Virus record (IMG/VR): IMGVR_UViG_3300036987_000420 | Location: 1 to 64,000 of that record | Reading direction: 5' to 3' (one strand) | DNA length: 64,000 nucleotides | DNA from: a virus | Taxonomy: Duplodnaviria > Caudoviricetes | Shown here: piece by piece, positions 62,224-64,000 of the stretch | How the letters are laid out: each line of letters begins with the position of its first letter | Numbering within the stretch: position 1 is the stretch's first letter | Program-made: the position numbers and the translations under genes | Notes under the pieces: generated by a model | The model's database searches: none | What the model saw: only the letters and a program-made list of their open reading frames with translations | What the model was told of the DNA's origin: nothing

Positions 62224-64000
62224 GTGCGTCCTGACGACAACGGCCAGCAGCTCGAATTGCCCTTCGGCGGCCGGCCAGGGTCACGCTGCGTCGGTTCAAC
62301 GGGTGAGAGTCCCGTCCCGGTAGGCGCCGGAGCGCCGGGTAGCAAGCCCCAGGCGTCGGAGGAGACTCCGGCGGCCCGAGCGGGGCGTCGAAAGCCTCTT
62401 CGGAGGGAGCAAGCGCGCGGGCCGCAACATCAAGTGAACGCTGCAGCCTCGACAGATGAACAATGGGAGGGCCGAGCCGCTCATGTCACGGCGAAGGCGA
62501 TCCCCGACGAGCCGATTCCGGAGCGCTCGCCGGGTCTCCCCGGGGTACGGGCGGCGGCACGTGCGCAAGGACCGACGCGGAACAGGAGAGGCCCGTCTGC
62601 GCAGCCCGAGTCGGGGCAAGGCGCCTCGTATAAGCCGAGTGCGAAATCGAGCGCCGCGCAGCGGGAGTCCGAGGGGGTCGTAGTACTGCTGACCCCGGCG
62701 CAGCAGAACGCCGGGCGAGGGAAGGACCCCTACGGTGATCGTGCCGGAAGCGGGGCCACGTGCGAGGGCATGGCCGGGCAACAGAGCCGGTCCAACTCCC
62801 CCATCGGTCCATCGACCGACGAGAAAGCACGCCACCTCCAACGCCGGCTGTGGGCCGCGGCCAAGCGGTCCCCGGGGCGCCGCTTCCACGCCCTGTACGA
62901 CCGCATCCACAGGGATGACGTCCTGTGGATGGCGTGGGAGCGGGTCAAGGCGAATCGTGGTGCGGCCGGCGTCGATCGCGAGACGGTGGCCGACATCGAG
63001 CAGCTTGGGGTGGGGGGCATCCTTCGGGAGCTCCAGACCGAGCTGCAGGCGGGAACGTACCGACCGCTGGCGGTCCGGCGGCAGTACATCCCGAAGGCCA
63101 GCGGCAAGCTGCGGCCGCTGGGCATCCCGGCGGTGCGCGACCGGATCGTACAGGCGGCGACGAAGATCGTGCTGGAGCCGATCTTCGAGGCGGACTTCCT
63201 GCCGTGCTCGCACGGCTTCCGCCCACGCCGAAACGCGACGGGCGCGCTGGAGACCCTGCGGAAGCGGGCGTACCGCGATGATGCGGGGAACTTCTTGCTG
63301 GACGCGGACATCCGCGGGTACTTCGACAGCATCGACCACTCGAAGCTGCTGGAACTCGTGGGTCGGCGGGTCAGTGACCGTCGGGTGCTCAAGTTGCTGC
63401 GGCAGTGGCTCCGGGCAGGGGTGATGGAGGAGGGCAGCGTGACCCGCAGCCTGGCGGGCACTCCGCAGGGCGGAGTGATCTCGCCGCTGCTGGCCAACAT
63501 CTACCTGCACGTCCTCGACCAGCGGTGGACGGCCGAGCATGCCCAGTTGGGCACACTCGTGCGGTACGCCGACGACTTCGTCGTCATGTGCGACACGGCG
63601 GAGGCCTGCGAGGAGGCCGAGCGGGTCATCCGGGGCGTCCTGGAAGACGAGCTCGGGCTGGAGCTGCACCCGGAGAAGACGAGGCGGGTCGAGCTGACCG
63701 GAGGCACGGAAGGCTTCGACTTCCTCGGCTGCCACCTGCACAAGCGGATGAGCGGACCACTCTGGGCGAAATACCGGCGGCGCCGGTACTACCTCCAGCG
63801 ATGGCCCTCGACGACCGCGATGAAGCGGGTACGCACACGCGTGAAGGAGCTGACCGACAAGCGCTGGAACGGGATCACGGACCTGCGCCAGATCATCGCG
63901 CGGGTCAATCCTGTCCTGCGAGGTTGGGGCAACTACTTCCGGACCGGGAACGCCGCCAAGAAGTTCAACCAGCTCGACACCTACGTCTACCGCCGGTTCC
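62224..64000 (+). mobile_element. Group II intron (5' part; runs off the window)
   Basis: GTGCG 5' boundary, D1-like AACGGGTGAGAGTCCCGT and GAGGGGGTCGTAGTAC...GGGAAGGACCCCT motifs, intron-encoded RT. Confidence 0.88.
62770..64000 (+). CDS. ltrA: Group II intron reverse transcriptase/maturase (3' partial)
   Basis: KANRGAAGVD, IPKASGKLRPLGIP.VRDR.VQ, SHGFRP, DADIRGYFD.IDH, GTPQGG.ISPLLANIYL, YADD (63565-76), GFDFLG, RGWGNYF. Confidence 0.96.
   Translation, partial: MAGQQSRSNSPIGPSTDEKARHLQRRLWAAAKRSPGRRFHALYDRIHRDDVLWMAWERVKANRGAAGVDRETVADIEQLGVGGILRELQTELQAGTYRPLAVRRQYIPKASGKLRPLGIPAVRDRIVQAATKIVLEPIFEADFLPCSHGFRPRRNATGALETLRKRAYRDDAGNFLLDADIRGYFDSIDHSKLLELVGRRVSDRRVLKLLRQWLRAGVMEEGSVTRSLAGTPQGGVISPLLANIYLHVLDQRWTAEHAQLGTLVRYADDFVVMCDTAEACEEAERVIRGVLEDELGLELHPEKTRRVELTGGTEGFDFLGCHLHKRMSGPLWAKYRRRRYYLQRWPSTTAMKRVRTRVKELTDKRWNGITDLRQIIARVNPVLRGWGNYFRTGNAAKKFNQLDTYVYRRF

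Noticed and set aside
52680-64000. Diversity-generating retroelement or retron (tail fibres plus an RT in the window)
   Set aside because: The RT has group II intron features, lies outside attR within intron RNA, and no TR/VR pair differing at adenines was seen.

Overview
Very GC-rich bacterial DNA (roughly 75% GC by eye). The SSB style and the lipoprotein-containing lysis genes suggest a diderm Myxococcota/deltaproteobacterial host, which is an inference. Most of the window is an apparently complete 58.7 kb temperate prophage with a contractile tail, integrated in tRNA-Val(CAC) between exact 45-bp att repeats at 247-291 and 58947-58991. It carries a tyrosine integrase and xis, a long leftward early operon (C5 DNA methyltransferase, Myb-like protein, DUF5131, ASCH, UvrD, SSB, Rad50/SMC-like ATPase, Gp3-like recombination protein), and a lambda-style immunity region (PL/PR, 17-bp operators, cI, cro, hicBA). 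It also has a replication module with in-gene iterons, plus packaging, head, tail, baseplate and lysis genes. Past attR lie remnants of older elements (a paralogous integrase C-terminus, an IstB fragment, a Nu1/GpA terminase remnant) and the 5' part of a group II intron with its RT. The main finding is a set of solitary CRISPR-repeat-like units scattered through the prophage, with consensus CCCY-GCnnnTGA-RGGG-ATTGAGAC and a compensatory stem change. They lie at 14044-14067, 40615-40638 (plus a tandem partial copy at 40601-40614) and 44331-44354. No cas gene or array is visible. All are oriented so that the phage mRNA carries the reverse complement of the crRNA 5' handle. Two sit in frame in coding sequence and two are flanked by short duplications. 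This suggests captured host repeats that act as type III self camouflage or as RNA anti-CRISPRs. Other highlights are a MuF head protein with a C-terminal HExxH toxin-like domain and candidate immunity gene, inverted-repeat/extended -10 cassettes driving counter-oriented zinc-ribbon genes, and a tail-fibre paralogue with a signal peptide. All calls come from reading the sequence by eye; no searches were run.
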